In this document: positions 14,537 through 35,177 of the stretch, piece after piece
Layout of the letters: each line of letters starts with the position of its first letter
How positions within the stretch are numbered: position 1 is the stretch's first letter
NCBI GenBank assembly: GCA_003344405.1
Contig: NOWV01000031.1
Span: 310,001 to 374,000, forward strand
Source: Trichoplax sp. H2
Lineage: Eukaryota
Length of the DNA stretch: 64,000 nt
Direction: 5' to 3'
Position numbers and translations under genes: made by a program
Notes under the pieces: generated by a model
The model's input: the letters and a program-made list of their open reading frames with translations, nothing else
What the model was told of the DNA's origin: nothing
Databases searched by the model: none

Positions 14537-15742
14537 GTTGCGCTTATGGACGTAGTTTTACACCGTTTCTAACTTTTCTTAAATATAATTCTACGTGTTA
14601 TAAACATAAGCCTGTTTCAATAGATCATTTTTCTTTTACATCAAAATAGCAATTTACAGTATCCAGACTGTTCAGTATTATGCTTGTAGTTTATCTTGAA
14701 TGTAGGCATTTGAAGTTGAATTTTCAGCATCTAGGTGTGTTATAAATCGACGTTTACGACGGCGAAAATATTAAAATTACAATAAAAAACTGCAACATAC
14801 TGTATCTGCTATCAGATTTGTCCTTTATGAAAATCTTCTAGCATCAAGAAGAACAGAGCCACTGGTCTCTCTTTAGATAAAACTGAACCCAAACTTTGCT
14901 CAAAAGTGGTTCAATTTGTGGCAAACCTACATAAACATTAGTTATCAGTACATAGATGAATAAGTGATTCATAATAATATAAAACTATGCAGTTATCTAT
15001 TAAAAATATTTAAAATTTCGCAACATCAACAACACAATCCTAGTTACGAGAGCGTACGTAATGCTATGAAAACTATACTAATATAGAATATCATGTTTAG
15101 TTATTAACAGTACCTTACAGTCTTGACTATTTTCAATGAATCATTGCTATTACATAATATATGATGGCATATGTTGTATCTAATTTTATTCGTATAATCT
15201 TGTTTTCTGTATTAGTTCTATCTCTATCACAGTAAATACTAGCGATTTCTGACTCAGATTAAGTTGTATTAGTTGCAACGCTTGTAATCTTAACACGGTA
15301 CTTTGCGACAGCTTACTTGTTACCCTTTAGTAAATACGACATCGGGAGCAAATTATGATTATAATCTACAATAAAACGTCCATTTTCTCTATAGCCTTGA
15401 AGTAATTCTCTAAATGATGACAAATTACGCTATAGCGGATACATCAAGCCCTCGATCCCAACATCCATTTATATGGCACAAAATTTACCCATTACTTGGG
15501 TACTTTTAGTTCATGAGCTATCAATTTTCTACGATTACTTCCATTGCCTATCAAATGATTCTAGAGCTATAATATTATTTCACTAACGCTGATTTCATAG
15601 TTAAATTGAACTCTAGTAGATGTTTGATGTTAATTGCTGAGAGCATCTCTGGCACATAATGACATACAGACTATTTGGTATTACTATTTTGGAAGTATAT
15701 GATTGTATTTCGATTCTAGAATACTGACCAGAATAAACATCA

Positions 15743-15892
15743 TTGTCAGTGATTATTGTGGGACTAGAAATGCTAACTTTAATACGTTGAAAGAATGCCT
15801 ATGATATAGCCCTTTGCAGATTCATTTTCCTACCAATTTTGCCATGATGTAAATTCTGCAGCTACTGCAACTGAAAATAGAATAGCTTCTGT
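15743..15892 (+). pseudogene. Scrambled copine remnants
   Basis: LSVIIVGL..ANFNTLKE-like fragment (matches ~606-665), followed by TTTTCCTACCAATTTTGC (FPTNFA, matches ~207-225) and an exon end ...GCTTCT|GT. 15990-16470 matches the copine 3' flank 1160-1640. Confidence 0.7.
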
Positions 15893-16608
15893 ATTTATTA
15901 CATGGCGTTATTGTACAGAGATTTAGCTTTAACTACGTGTGTAACAATATTATTTCTTAGTCATAATTTTAATTAATAATATAATCATCATTCCTTAATC
16001 TTAATCATTATTTCTTCCTGGATTTCAATTTTGAAACTTTCGATTTTGACATACATTCTATGGCAGATTTCGATGAACTGCTGAAATCGACGTATGTTAA
16101 GGTTGCGCCATTTTGAGATACATTTTGCGCTCGAGAATAGTTTCAATCTTTCTTGATTAAAATCACCTCTACATATTTACACTAATCTACGTATACGACT
16201 TGAACGGCTTTAAACCACTTGACATAAAAATAAATAAAGCGATTGTAAAATCTTTTAATATTGTTTGCTTGAAGATTACTCGTTTAAGTAAAGCGATAAG
16301 CGCATCGTTAGCTACCATAACTGATTACTCTGCTATGCTATCCCCATCAGTACAAACTGTATGCCGCGATTGATATAGATAAAGCGTTTGTATGTTGAAC
16401 ACTTGAATGTATATTAGAATCATGATTCGATAAATACGAGACAGTATTGTAAGCTTGTGGATAATTATAATTGAAAGGGGATTTCATTTTGTTGCAATCG
16501 CTGCTTCAATAAAGTGCTCGACTTCATTAAAATGATATGGACAAATTACCTTAGGAGGGCTCCAAGCTAGAATAGACTATGATTGCATCCATAATCCTAC
16601 ATAAGTAC

Positions 16609-17075
16609 AAATGTAGACTAAATTAATTTCCTTATACACTATGCAGCCAACAGATTGACAGGGAATTAGCTGAAGTTCTAGATCCAATTGAGAGCACCAA
16701 CCTTGATGATGATTTGGTATCAAATATACCACATGTCAATGGCACAAATGTAGAGTCTAAATTGATTTCCTTATACACTAGACCATAGTTGAGAGGGGGT
16801 AAGCAGTAATTTAAATAATTTTTGCTATTCACGTATGGTCTATTGTACACTACACAGCCTGTTAACAGATTGACTGGGAATTAGCTCAAGTTTTAGATCC
16901 AATTGAGAGCACCAACATTGATGATGATTTGGTATCAAATATACCACATGTCAATGGCACAAATGTAGACTAAATTGATTTCCTTGTACACTATACAGCC
17001 AGCAAATTCACTGGGAATTCGCTAAAGTTCCAGATCCAATGGAGAGCATCAACATTGATGACGATTTGATATCAG
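16609..17075. repeat. ~135-bp unit, 3 tandem copies (one interrupted)
   Basis: Same unit as 3342-3625. Confidence 0.85.
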
Positions 17076-17294
17076 TCAAGCACGTAGTGAATTGTATGCT
17101 TTGCCTAATACTTGTACTCCTATCATACAGTACACTGTAGTATGTATATTTATATAGGATCTACATGATTAGTTAGAACATTCTATTGATACTAATGAGT
17201 AGCTGACTATTGCTCAGTTAATCTACTTATGATTACTTGGTGCTTTAATGTTGTCTTGCTACGAGATCGATCAATATCCAACTGCCTGGTAGCA

Positions 17295-17327
17295 AGAAAA
17301 CGATGATGGCGGCCATCATCGTTTTCT
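17295..17327. promoter_or_regulatory. Perfect 16-bp inverted repeat (1-nt spacer) with ATGGCGGC YY1-like core, ~510 bp upstream of METTL22
   Basis: AGAAAACGATGATGGC-G-GCCATCATCGTTTTCT. The palindrome is seen directly; a regulatory role is inferred. Confidence 0.45.
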
Positions 17328-17838
17328 CTTATTTGCCCCTTGGAGCCTCTGCTATGATTACAGTGTATAGTGAACTTCATACTGTAAAAACTGACAGAGT
17401 CGACTACAACTGTATCAAATTAATCTCGTACTGTACACTGTGAAGTACAGTATAAAGTTCAATTCTGTTGATCGACGCTGTCAGAGACTGCAACCTGCTT
17501 TGCCAATGGACTACTCCATATTTGTAGTTATGATTATTGCTGTTAGTTATTGACAAACTAAGCTAAATGAAGTCTCATCCGGTATTAGAAACACTGCTGT
17601 CATCTGTAGTCTAGCTAATAATCGGATTACATATTCCCGGAGTCTGGTATTATCGCCAATGTTGTAAGCACACTTGCAACAGCAAGTCCATGTTTCAGCT
17701 CAGCTAAAGCAAAACTCGTCCATAAATAATCTTGTTTCAGTATTAGAGTTGAACTAGTTAGTATTCCTAAATGGAATCCAACGATCCAACGTATTATTCA
17801 AAGTAGTGAGTACGGACGACTTATCCTAGGCTAGTTGG

Positions 17839-18834
17839 ATGATTTCTATGGCACAACCTGAAGATTTGATATTATCCGATGTCTATTTATCCAGCTACAA
17901 CCAAACTCAAGCTCTGCAACCTCATCAGTCTGCAAGACAATGTCCTTATGATGAAAAGATAACTCGATTCGCTTATCGGACTAGAAGCGAGCAAGAAGAG
18001 GAGGATGATGATGATCGATCAGACATGAGATTCGATAGCGATGGAGATATGCAGTTGCAGCGCAGAAAAATAAACAAGGAGAGCTTTGCAAGATCGGTGC
18101 TCATACGACACTGCATGGCCACACCTTTACAGCAAGTGGGTTTACAAGTTTGGAGAGGAGCTCTGCTAATGTGTGATTTTATACTTCATCATGTTCAGCT
18201 ATTTCGAGAATGTTATTGTTTAGAATTAGGAGCAGGTGTTGGCCTAGCGAGTCTAATAGTAGCGCCCTATGCAAAACGCGTTTATGCAACTGATATTGGT
18301 GACGATATTCTAAAAAATTGCTACCTCAATCTTAACTACAATGAACATTTACTTACCAATAGATCAATTTATGATATCATTCGAGTTCGAGAATTAAATT
18401 GGCTAGATGGTATACCGAAACTAGATTCTAATAGCGCAGCCAGTACAATAAACGGTCAATTTTCGTGGCTAAAGGATGATCTTCTCGAATTGTATGATTG
18501 TGTCGATACGATAATCGCGTGCGATGTTATTTATGATGATAACCAAACAAGTGCATTATTAACATTAATCAAAGATATACTAACGCTAAGGAATCCGAAA
18601 AATAGTAGAAAAACTGTTTATGTAGCTATGGAAAAAAGAATTAATTTTACTTTAATAGATTTAGAGGAAACTGCACCAGCTTATAATCATTTCCTCAGCA
18701 GCTTGGATGAGCTGATAGTAAAGAATGACTGCAAGCTTACTGCTCAACGAATTGATATCAGTTTCCCACAATACTTTCAATATGAACGCGTAAAGCAATT
18801 AGAGTTATGGAAATTGACTGCTGGCCTGGAATAG
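17839..18834 (+). CDS. METTL22: Methyltransferase-like protein 22 (seven-beta-strand protein lysine methyltransferase), single coding exon, 331 aa
   Basis: Motifs LILSDVYL, VGLQVWRGALLMCDFI, LELGAGVG (motif I), VRELNW, IIACDVIYDD, EKRINFTL and FPQYFQYER..LELWK. Confidence 0.92.
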   Translation: MISMAQPEDLILSDVYLSSYNQTQALQPHQSARQCPYDEKITRFAYRTRSEQEEEDDDDRSDMRFDSDGDMQLQRRKINKESFARSVLIRHCMATPLQQVGLQVWRGALLMCDFILHHVQLFRECYCLELGAGVGLASLIVAPYAKRVYATDIGDDILKNCYLNLNYNEHLLTNRSIYDIIRVRELNWLDGIPKLDSNSAASTINGQFSWLKDDLLELYDCVDTIIACDVIYDDNQTSALLTLIKDILTLRNPKNSRKTVYVAMEKRINFTLIDLEETAPAYNHFLSSLDELIVKNDCKLTAQRIDISFPQYFQYERVKQLELWKLTAGLE

Positions 18835-20230
18835 TCTTGCAGCAGGACGGTATTCCAGTAAAAAAATGACTAAAATAATATTTAGTAGTTTAAATGATAA
18901 TGTCAACCGATCTAATAGTAAAACTCTCATCAACGTATCATAGAAGTTCTTGTTAAACAGCATCTATTACTGATATCATGCTAGAATCAATGAATGGATA
19001 CAATTACTAATGGTGTTTTTTAGCAACATCCTCTATCCATTATTGTATCAGCTAAACTTCTAACTTACTACGATTGAGTAAATGCCTACATAAAACGTTA
19101 TTTCTTACTGTCAGGTGTTCCGTGGTATAATCAATCCATCACCACCTTTACGTTGGGTTTCGCACCTCCATTACTAGGATTAATACTGTATAGCATAGAA
19201 GTGATATTCAACATTATAAAAAGTGATCATTACGACCAGGAAATTTTGACTGCAAATTTAACAATTTACAGGATTATCCACTCGCAATGTCTTATATCTT
19301 GCGTACTTGTTGTAGATTTGATTACAATCAATTAACTTATGATATTTACTAAGTAATGTACAAAAGATTCTAGACATCGCCTCCATTATTAATTCAATTA
19401 TTTGTTGTTCTTGCAATCTATCTCGTAAATAAATTGTTTAGTAATGTATTCCATGAATGACACAAGCTAACTAATTTTCTCCTATCGGATTCTGAGGATT
19501 TATTTTTAAAGTAATTCGATACCAATATATCGAATCATTCCTATCATGAGATAAAGCTAACCAGACAATGATTTCACTACAGTGCAGGTAAAATTCGAAA
19601 TACATTTATTAACATTACAGGAGAATCGCCATAAATTCAAAAAGAGCGAAATGTTAGTAATTACAATGCAATGGTATTCTACAATATAGTCCTTGACGTC
19701 GTTCATAATATTGATATAATGAAGTGATCATTGCAAGAAATGTTGTAAGTCCGCTTAGATAAATCATACTGAGCATCGTAAATAATTAATATTAACTGTA
19801 CATTTATGCCCAAATCTGCACGAACCTTACCCTAAAATATACGGTTAAAATAGCAATGCAATCAGAAGCGACTGCAAATTATAGCTCTGGTAACAGTATG
19901 ATGTTGCCAATTTCGTAACAAAAGGAAAAAGACTATAAATTGCATTATATACAGTATAGTACGTCATGACTTCAAATTTCCTTGACAGAAAGGAGTAAAA
20001 CATATTTCTTCAGTTATTAATTAATTATTTATCATAATTACCAGTCTTAATTTAATAGTATACGTATAATACAAATTCTAAAATCTAAGATTTAAAATCT
20101 GTTCATAGAATGACTTCGTCCTACAACAGTTGCATAAGAATTTACCATTTTTAAGATCACATCAATATTATAGGTTTAAAAGAGAATAAAAGTTTGTATC
20201 ACGGCTTATCTCATCCACCATTTTCAGGCT

Positions 20231-28062
<7,832 letters not shown>

Positions 28063-28842
28063 AATGCAGTCTAATAGTAGAATCCAACGGCCAATAAGAA
28101 AGCAAATAACCAATTGGAATAATCCAGTTCAACAACAACCACGAAGATGGAAAAAGTTCAAGCAGCTGGCTGCAATCACCCGCCAAATGCAAGTTGCCCC
28201 TTGGAAAAGAAAATGCCAGTCATGCATCCAACGACAACTCTTCTACTGCCAAATCATTTCTCCCTCTCGACCTACCTTACCAACCACAAGTTCAATCATC
28301 CACCATGAACCAAGAGGTAAGAACGAGGTGAATTAAGATCCAAATTGGCACAGCAAGATTGATTTACAATCTTCACCAAGCGTCGACAAGGAGCTAATGC
28401 TAATTCCACCTGGCCAATTTGAGCATGGATTGCGCCGGCCTAGTTACTACGGTTACAGGAGAGCCGAGCACCCAGAGAGATGGAGGCATGGAATATCCTA
28501 TACGTTGTCATGCTGTTGGAAATGATGACAGTGGCAATAAGACAATTTTAGTGGTGTATTGGATGCAATGGTAACAACAACATGGTGGTATGGTAGAGTA
28601 GACTGACGTCTTGCAGGTCACCAATAGCGGGAATGAGGATCGGATGGAGGTGATGCATGCCCATAGTCAAGGCTATAGCGTGTCCGATACGTTGCTCAGA
28701 GTACAGTATTCAGTAGAGTATTGCACGAGCAAATCGCTTTGGCCAACAAAGGAATCATGGAGGGCCTTATGGACAAAGACTTCTTGCACGCTATTTCTTT
28801 CCTCTTTGAGGCCATTTCTCTCTATTCCAGCAGACTTTTAAA

Positions 28843-29500
28843 GGTCTTGATCAGGCTAGAAATGGAAAGAAAGCTCTGTCCAATTAGGGCCTATACTTTC
28901 ATGCAGTTCGACGTTGATGTTAGTCATTTATGCAGGCCCATTGGGGACCAACGAGATCCACAAAATGGCCAATACTTTCTTACAAGCTGAATAACATCAA
29001 TTCTACCTTGGTGTTCATCAATACCTTGGCTTGATAATTCTCTAGCAGACTAGAACAGGTCTTGTTGATCAGGCTAGAAATGGAAAGAAAGCTCTGTCCA
29101 ATTAGGGCCTATACTTTCATACAGTTCGACGTTGATGTTATTCATTTATGCAGGCCCATTGGGGACCAACGAGATCCACAAAATGGCCAATTGGGTCAGT
29201 AGATGGCCAATACTTTCTTACAAGCTGAATAACATCAATTCTACATTGGTGTTCATCAATACCTTGGCTTGATAATTCTCTAGCAGACTAGAACAGGTCT
29301 TGTTGATCAGGCTAGAAATGGATAGAAAGCTCTGTCCAATTAGGGGCCTATTCTTTCATGCACTTTGACGTTGATGTTTGTCATTTGTGCAGGCCAATTG
29401 GCGACCAACGGGATCTACAAAATGGCCAATTTGATGAGTAGATGGCCAATACTTTCTCACAAGCTGCATAATTCAATCCTACGTTGATGTTCATCAATAT
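28843..29500. repeat. ~215-240-bp tandem repeat x3 upstream of SUZ12
   Basis: TTGATCAGGCTAGAAATGGAAAGAAAGCTCTGTCCAATTAGGGCC recurs at ~28847, ~29064 and ~29303. Confidence 0.92.
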
Positions 29501-29941
29501 GATATCCTTTTCCTATTCTAGTTTGAGTAAAATAAATTGTATGTGGAAATTCGAACTTTCGAATGGGATAATAGGGCTAAAATACTCCCTTCGCTACCAC
29601 TACAAATTGAAATGATGTACTGTTCATTTCCACTCGCAAAATCGACATAGACGCCACATTGCCTATCCATTGCGACTAGAATTTCTTGCCAATGCAATGA
29701 CTATTTCCTATTCTAAATCAATTCAATCTGGAAATTTGAGGTTAGACAAGGCCATAAACGATATGACTTAGATACTTTGTTGGCTACCGCTGGAAATGGA
29801 GATTTTAAATACGACCTATTTCCCACGCAAATTTATACCAATCCCTTATATAAAATACGGCCATACTTTATAAGAAGTTGAATAATATGAAACCATGACT
29901 TCATATTAGCATTCTGTCTAATTCCTATTCCAAATGAATTA

Positions 29942-30440
29942 GACTTGATCAATTTCAGATCGAAACTACGCCATAGATAATAGGCGACTTGATCAATTTC
30001 CTATCGAAACGAGGCAATAGATAATAGACGGTTTGATCAATTTCAGATCGAAACTACGCCATAGATAATAGGCGACTTGATCAATTTCCTATCGAAACGA
30101 GGCAATAGATAATAGACGGTTTGATCAATTTCAAATCGAAACGAGGCCATCGATAATAGGCTATTTGATCAATGTCAAATCGAAACGAGGCCATAGATAA
30201 TCCGTGACTTAATCCATTTCAAATCAAAACTAGGCTATAAATTAAAATGCGACTTGATCAATTTCAAATCGAAACGAGGCCATAGATAATACGCGACTTG
30301 ATCAAAATGCGACTTGATCAATTTCAAATCGAAACGAGGCCATAGATAATACGCGACTTGATCCATTTCAAATCAAAACTAGGCTAGCAACTAAAATGCG
30401 ACTTGATCAATTTCTAATCGAAACTAGCCTATAGATAATA
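29942..30440. repeat. 44-bp minisatellite (~11 copies, alternating A/B variants) embedded in a degenerate longer repeat field 29500-31700
   Basis: Unit GACTTGATCAATTTCAGATCGAAACTACGCCATAGATAATAGGC at 29942, 29986, 30030, 30074 and onward. Confidence 0.92.
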
Positions 30441-33400
30441 TGGCTCTGATATTTTGTAGGCTATCGTTAGAAATTCAATTTACATGCTGTCTATTCGGCT
30501 CGTAAATCTGTATTAAGCCTTATAAAATGCAGCCATACTGTCTTACAAGTAGGACTACCATTTCCTACTCTAAATAATCCGATCTGGAAGTTCTAGGTTT
30601 AGACAAGGCCATAAACAATATGACTAAGATACTTTGTTGACTACCGTTGGAAATTCAATTTTAAATGCTACCTATTTCGCACTCAAATCCATATCAATCC
30701 TTATAAAATATGGCCAAACTTGAGAAAAAGTTGAATAACATTAAACCATGCGTCTTTATTAGCATTGCGTCTATTTCCTATTCTAAATGAATTAGACTTG
30801 ATCAATTTCAACTTCCTATTGTAAATAAATTTGATCTGAAAAATTCTAAGTTTAAGCGAGACCATCCATAAACAATATGAATAAGATGCTTTGGTGGCTA
30901 TCGTTAGAAATTCAATTTAGATACTGCCTATTTCGGACACAAATCCTTATGAATACGGCTATCCTTTAAAAAAAATTGACTAACATTAAATCATACATTC
31001 ATGTTGGTATTTTATTCATTTCCTATTCTAAATGAATTAGGCTTGGTCAATTCCAAGTCTAAACTAACCCATAGATAATCATAATATAGCCGAGATACTT
31101 TGTAGACTAGCGCTAGAAATTCAATTCATATACTCTTTATAAGGCTCGTATATCTATATATAAAGACTTATAAAATGCGGCCATACTTTCTGTAAGTTGA
31201 ACGGCCATTCCTATTCTAAATGAATTCAATCTGGAAAATTCCAAGTCTAGACAAGATCATAAACAATACGGATAAGATACTTTATTGGCTACCATTCGAA
31301 ATCCAATTTAGATGCTGCCTATTTCGGACTCAAAATTCATGCAAAGTCTTATATACGCGTGTAAAATGCAGCCATACTTTTAACAAGTTGAATGACATTT
31401 AACCATGTATTTATACTAGCTTTATGTCCATTTCCTATTCTGAATGAGTTGGTTATTAATAATATGGCTAAGATATTTTGTAGGCTACCACGAGAGATTC
31501 AATTTACATACTGCCCAGTTCACTTTGCAAATCCATGCAAAGTCTTACAAAATATGGATATACATTTTAACTCTCTGAATGACATTTATAATCCCTCCGT
31601 TCGCATTAACGTGATGTCTGTTTCCTATTGTAAATGAAAATTCCTAGTTTAGGCTAGGCTACTGCTACAAATTTAATTGAGATGCGAACCGAAATAGACA
31701 ACATTGGCCGCCTTATGACATATGTAAGATTATAAAGGTGATCTTCGTGTGAACGTGCCATCATTTAGTATTTGCCTAATAAAGCAAGTAGGACTGAATT
31801 ATCGTGTGTGTTACTGGATATAACCATTTCATCAGTAGATGCATAGTAAAATTGGACACTATGGATGGGGGCATAGGCAGTCTACGTAAAAAGTTGAAAA
31901 TAATTCTTAACGCTAATCTATATCGATTTGTGGCTATACGTAGGCATGATTTAGAAAATTTTCAAAAATAGCATTCAATGGACATTACTAGCCAAAGAGA
32001 ACTTGTCTAATGTTTGTAAACTCTAATCAATACTAATTTAGAGCTACCTGCTTGTGGAATTCAGGAACTATTCAAAGGCACGTATTGGCCGTTACCAAGA
32101 GAAGATGTCAAACATTTTTTAAACGCGAATCGATTCTGACTTGCAGCGACATGGGTGTTGGGTTTAGAAGCTTTACAGAGGTATACGCCATTATGGAATG
32201 AATGTTACCCGCGTAGGAGAACATATCCAATTTTTCTAAATGGTTCGAAATATTGGACATTACTTATGTGTAACATAGCCATGCTTGGAATTAAATGCTA
32301 CGAGATGGCTAGGAATATAGCAAGTCTATAGTATTTCTATACGATCCAAATACCAATCCAATATTTTGGCTGTGATATTCATATTAAATTCAAAATGTCA
32401 ACAAAAAAGATCAAATTCTAAATTACCGTTATAGTTTAAGATAGTAAACGTGATAAGGTAATTGATTTAGAAATAGACAGTTGTAATAATTGAGGTAAAA
32501 TTGCAATATTCAACCGATAATGGATTTCCATTAACGACTGTGTCGATTTAGGTTAAGTACTCTGCAAAATACCTGTAATAATCAAAATGACGGTTGTCAC
32601 ACTTTTATGCAATCTGTTAGGCATTAAGTGGATTTAAGCAGGCACATAATATATTAATTAACACATATATATGCTCTAGAAGAATCAATATAATTACATG
32701 TGTATAGAAAAAGACTATATTACGGTATAGGAAATTATGAACAGATTGTACAGGTGGAGTTTGGCACAAGTAGATAAGGAAGCGCATTTGTACTTAAAAA
32801 GGTAGGAGAGTAATTTAAGCTGGAGTGGAACGACAGTTGAATAAAGATAGCTTTGTAATATATTACCTAGTAAACTTCTAGACTGACTCATTTACTGTTG
32901 ACTAAGGTCCTTCGCGAAGGTAGTAAAAGTTGTGACACTTGGTAGCAGATTTACAATACGGTAGAAGGGTTTTACAGGTAATCATAGACGAAGAATTTAT
33001 TATAACTAACGAAATTGATGACAATTACATAGGCCAATCAATACAATGCTGGTCCTTTAATGATCAGTAACAGTAAAATGCCAGCGCACAGAAATATAAA
33101 GTAATTTTATAGTAGCATCTAGCTGGAATGAATATCCGTCCATCTCTAGTTCATTAAAATTTCGCTTTTTGCAATACACATAAACAAGCCCTTAGGAACA
33201 CTAGGTACTCTAGCAAGAGTATAATTTTATCTGCTCTTTATTCCAGATAATATCTCTGGTTTGACACAATGACGTGATAAACTTAGGGGGAAAAAGTTAA
33301 AGAACAGGGTTAAAATGCACTGACAGATATACTCTTAGTTGGTATTTGTAGGTTATATGGTGTGAGCATCCACAACTTATAACCAAGTTTAATATCATGC

Positions 33401-35177
33401 ATACTATATGCACTCTTAACGACTACACTCACGTGTGTTGCCTTCTCACTATTCATTAAATCGGCGTATTGATATCCAATTATGCTCTTGGGTAGGAATA
33501 AATAAACTTACTTCTAGTATGCCACAAAAGATTTTCGATACGTTTAAAATATTGAACTCAGCCATCAGTGGATTTTTACTTTATGACTGCAGTACAGTCA
33601 TGAGCTGATTTTTGCAATATTTATTCGAGGGCATAGATACATTTCATTATAAAATATCACGAGAACTAGGATATAGTTGTATAATTACGCTTTATTGAGG
33701 CAATAGCAACGAATAGCTCTGCTCATTGTGCTGCATACGAGTACGAAGCATATTTAAAAAAGTTAATCATAAAACAAAATAGTAAAATATATCATAGTAT
33801 AAGAGTATTATACCGTATTATTGACATATCTGAACTACTTTAATCAAGAAAAGACGCTAGATAAGGTAATTTAGATGCTATGGTATTGAAGAGGAAGTTT
33901 AATGAGAGTAGATTTCAAAAACTTGTTGAATAAAGATATAGGATTGAAAGAATTATAGAAAAATCGTCGTTGTAAATTTAGGCTATATAACGTGCATGCT
34001 TTTGCAAACCATACCCGATTTATAACAATGCAAGTTCAGACGTAAAATATTTGCAGATCAGACTTTATCAATGAAAAATTATTCAACGCTTTATTTCTAT
34101 CACTGTATTATGTTTGAAATGTCTAATGGCATATTACGAAATATGACATTGAAATGACGGGATATATCATATGTTCAATAATTCGTCGGCCTTGGGGACC
34201 TTAAATGAACTGAGAGTAATTGCTGCTTTGTACGAGTATTAATCGCTTATAATACTATTACCACATTATACTCTGCACAGAAGCTGCTTTATTGATCATA
34301 ATAATACGACTACTTACTACAACGCACGAATTAACCTATACTGCTCGCTATTCAACGCGTCTTGTCGATTCCTTTTCGTAAATCTTTACGCTACGAGAAC
34401 TTACTTTACTTGATAATCTGCCATAAGAATGCAGGACTATATGTATTTCCTTAAACTGTAGTAGGTAAAAACACTGACAGTATTCCGGTTCGCTTCCATT
34501 AAACTACAGCAGGACCGAAGCAATGAATCGTAACTTTAAAACATTGCATGAATAAATGAAATAATTTATTTTGTTTCAATAAGTAAAGGTTTCATTATCT
34601 TTATAGTATGCAATAATTAGAACCAATTTAAAGTTGAAAAACGAGTGCCGTAAACGTGTTCAAGACTGTCAAGGCTTAGAAATTTTTCATACAGAGTTTA
34701 GTTAAATTTTTTCATACCAAATCACATCGCTATTGCAAACTAAATGGCTTCATACTATACGAATATTACTTTCAAAGCTAGAATAGCGGCAAATTTCTTA
34801 TAATATAGTATAGCACATTCTGTTCTAGAATATTGACATATCGTAGCACTATCACGTTGTGTAACAGAATACTACCATTTACTAAGACGATTTAACGCCA
34901 CATAAGTTAATATAATGTTTAAGTGAGCCAAATAGAAGTATTCTCAATTCCATTTAAACATTGTATCTTTCAATTCAGTAATGCATGACGTTATCATTAT
35001 GAGTATAATATGCAGGCGACTTTCTGATATCGACGTCGTTCTCTTAATAAAACAAAAATTCTTAAAACGTATTATACATCACTAGTAATTACTATGAAAG
35101 CAATTTATTTCGCTATGAGAAGCAAGTTACAGCGGAGCTGTAAGATTTTCCTATAACTTTGACGATCTTAGAATCAT

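Noticed and set aside
29942..30440. Regularly spaced repeats superficially like a CRISPR array
   Set aside because: The units are contiguous 44-bp tandem copies with no unique spacers, there are no cas genes, and the context is eukaryotic.
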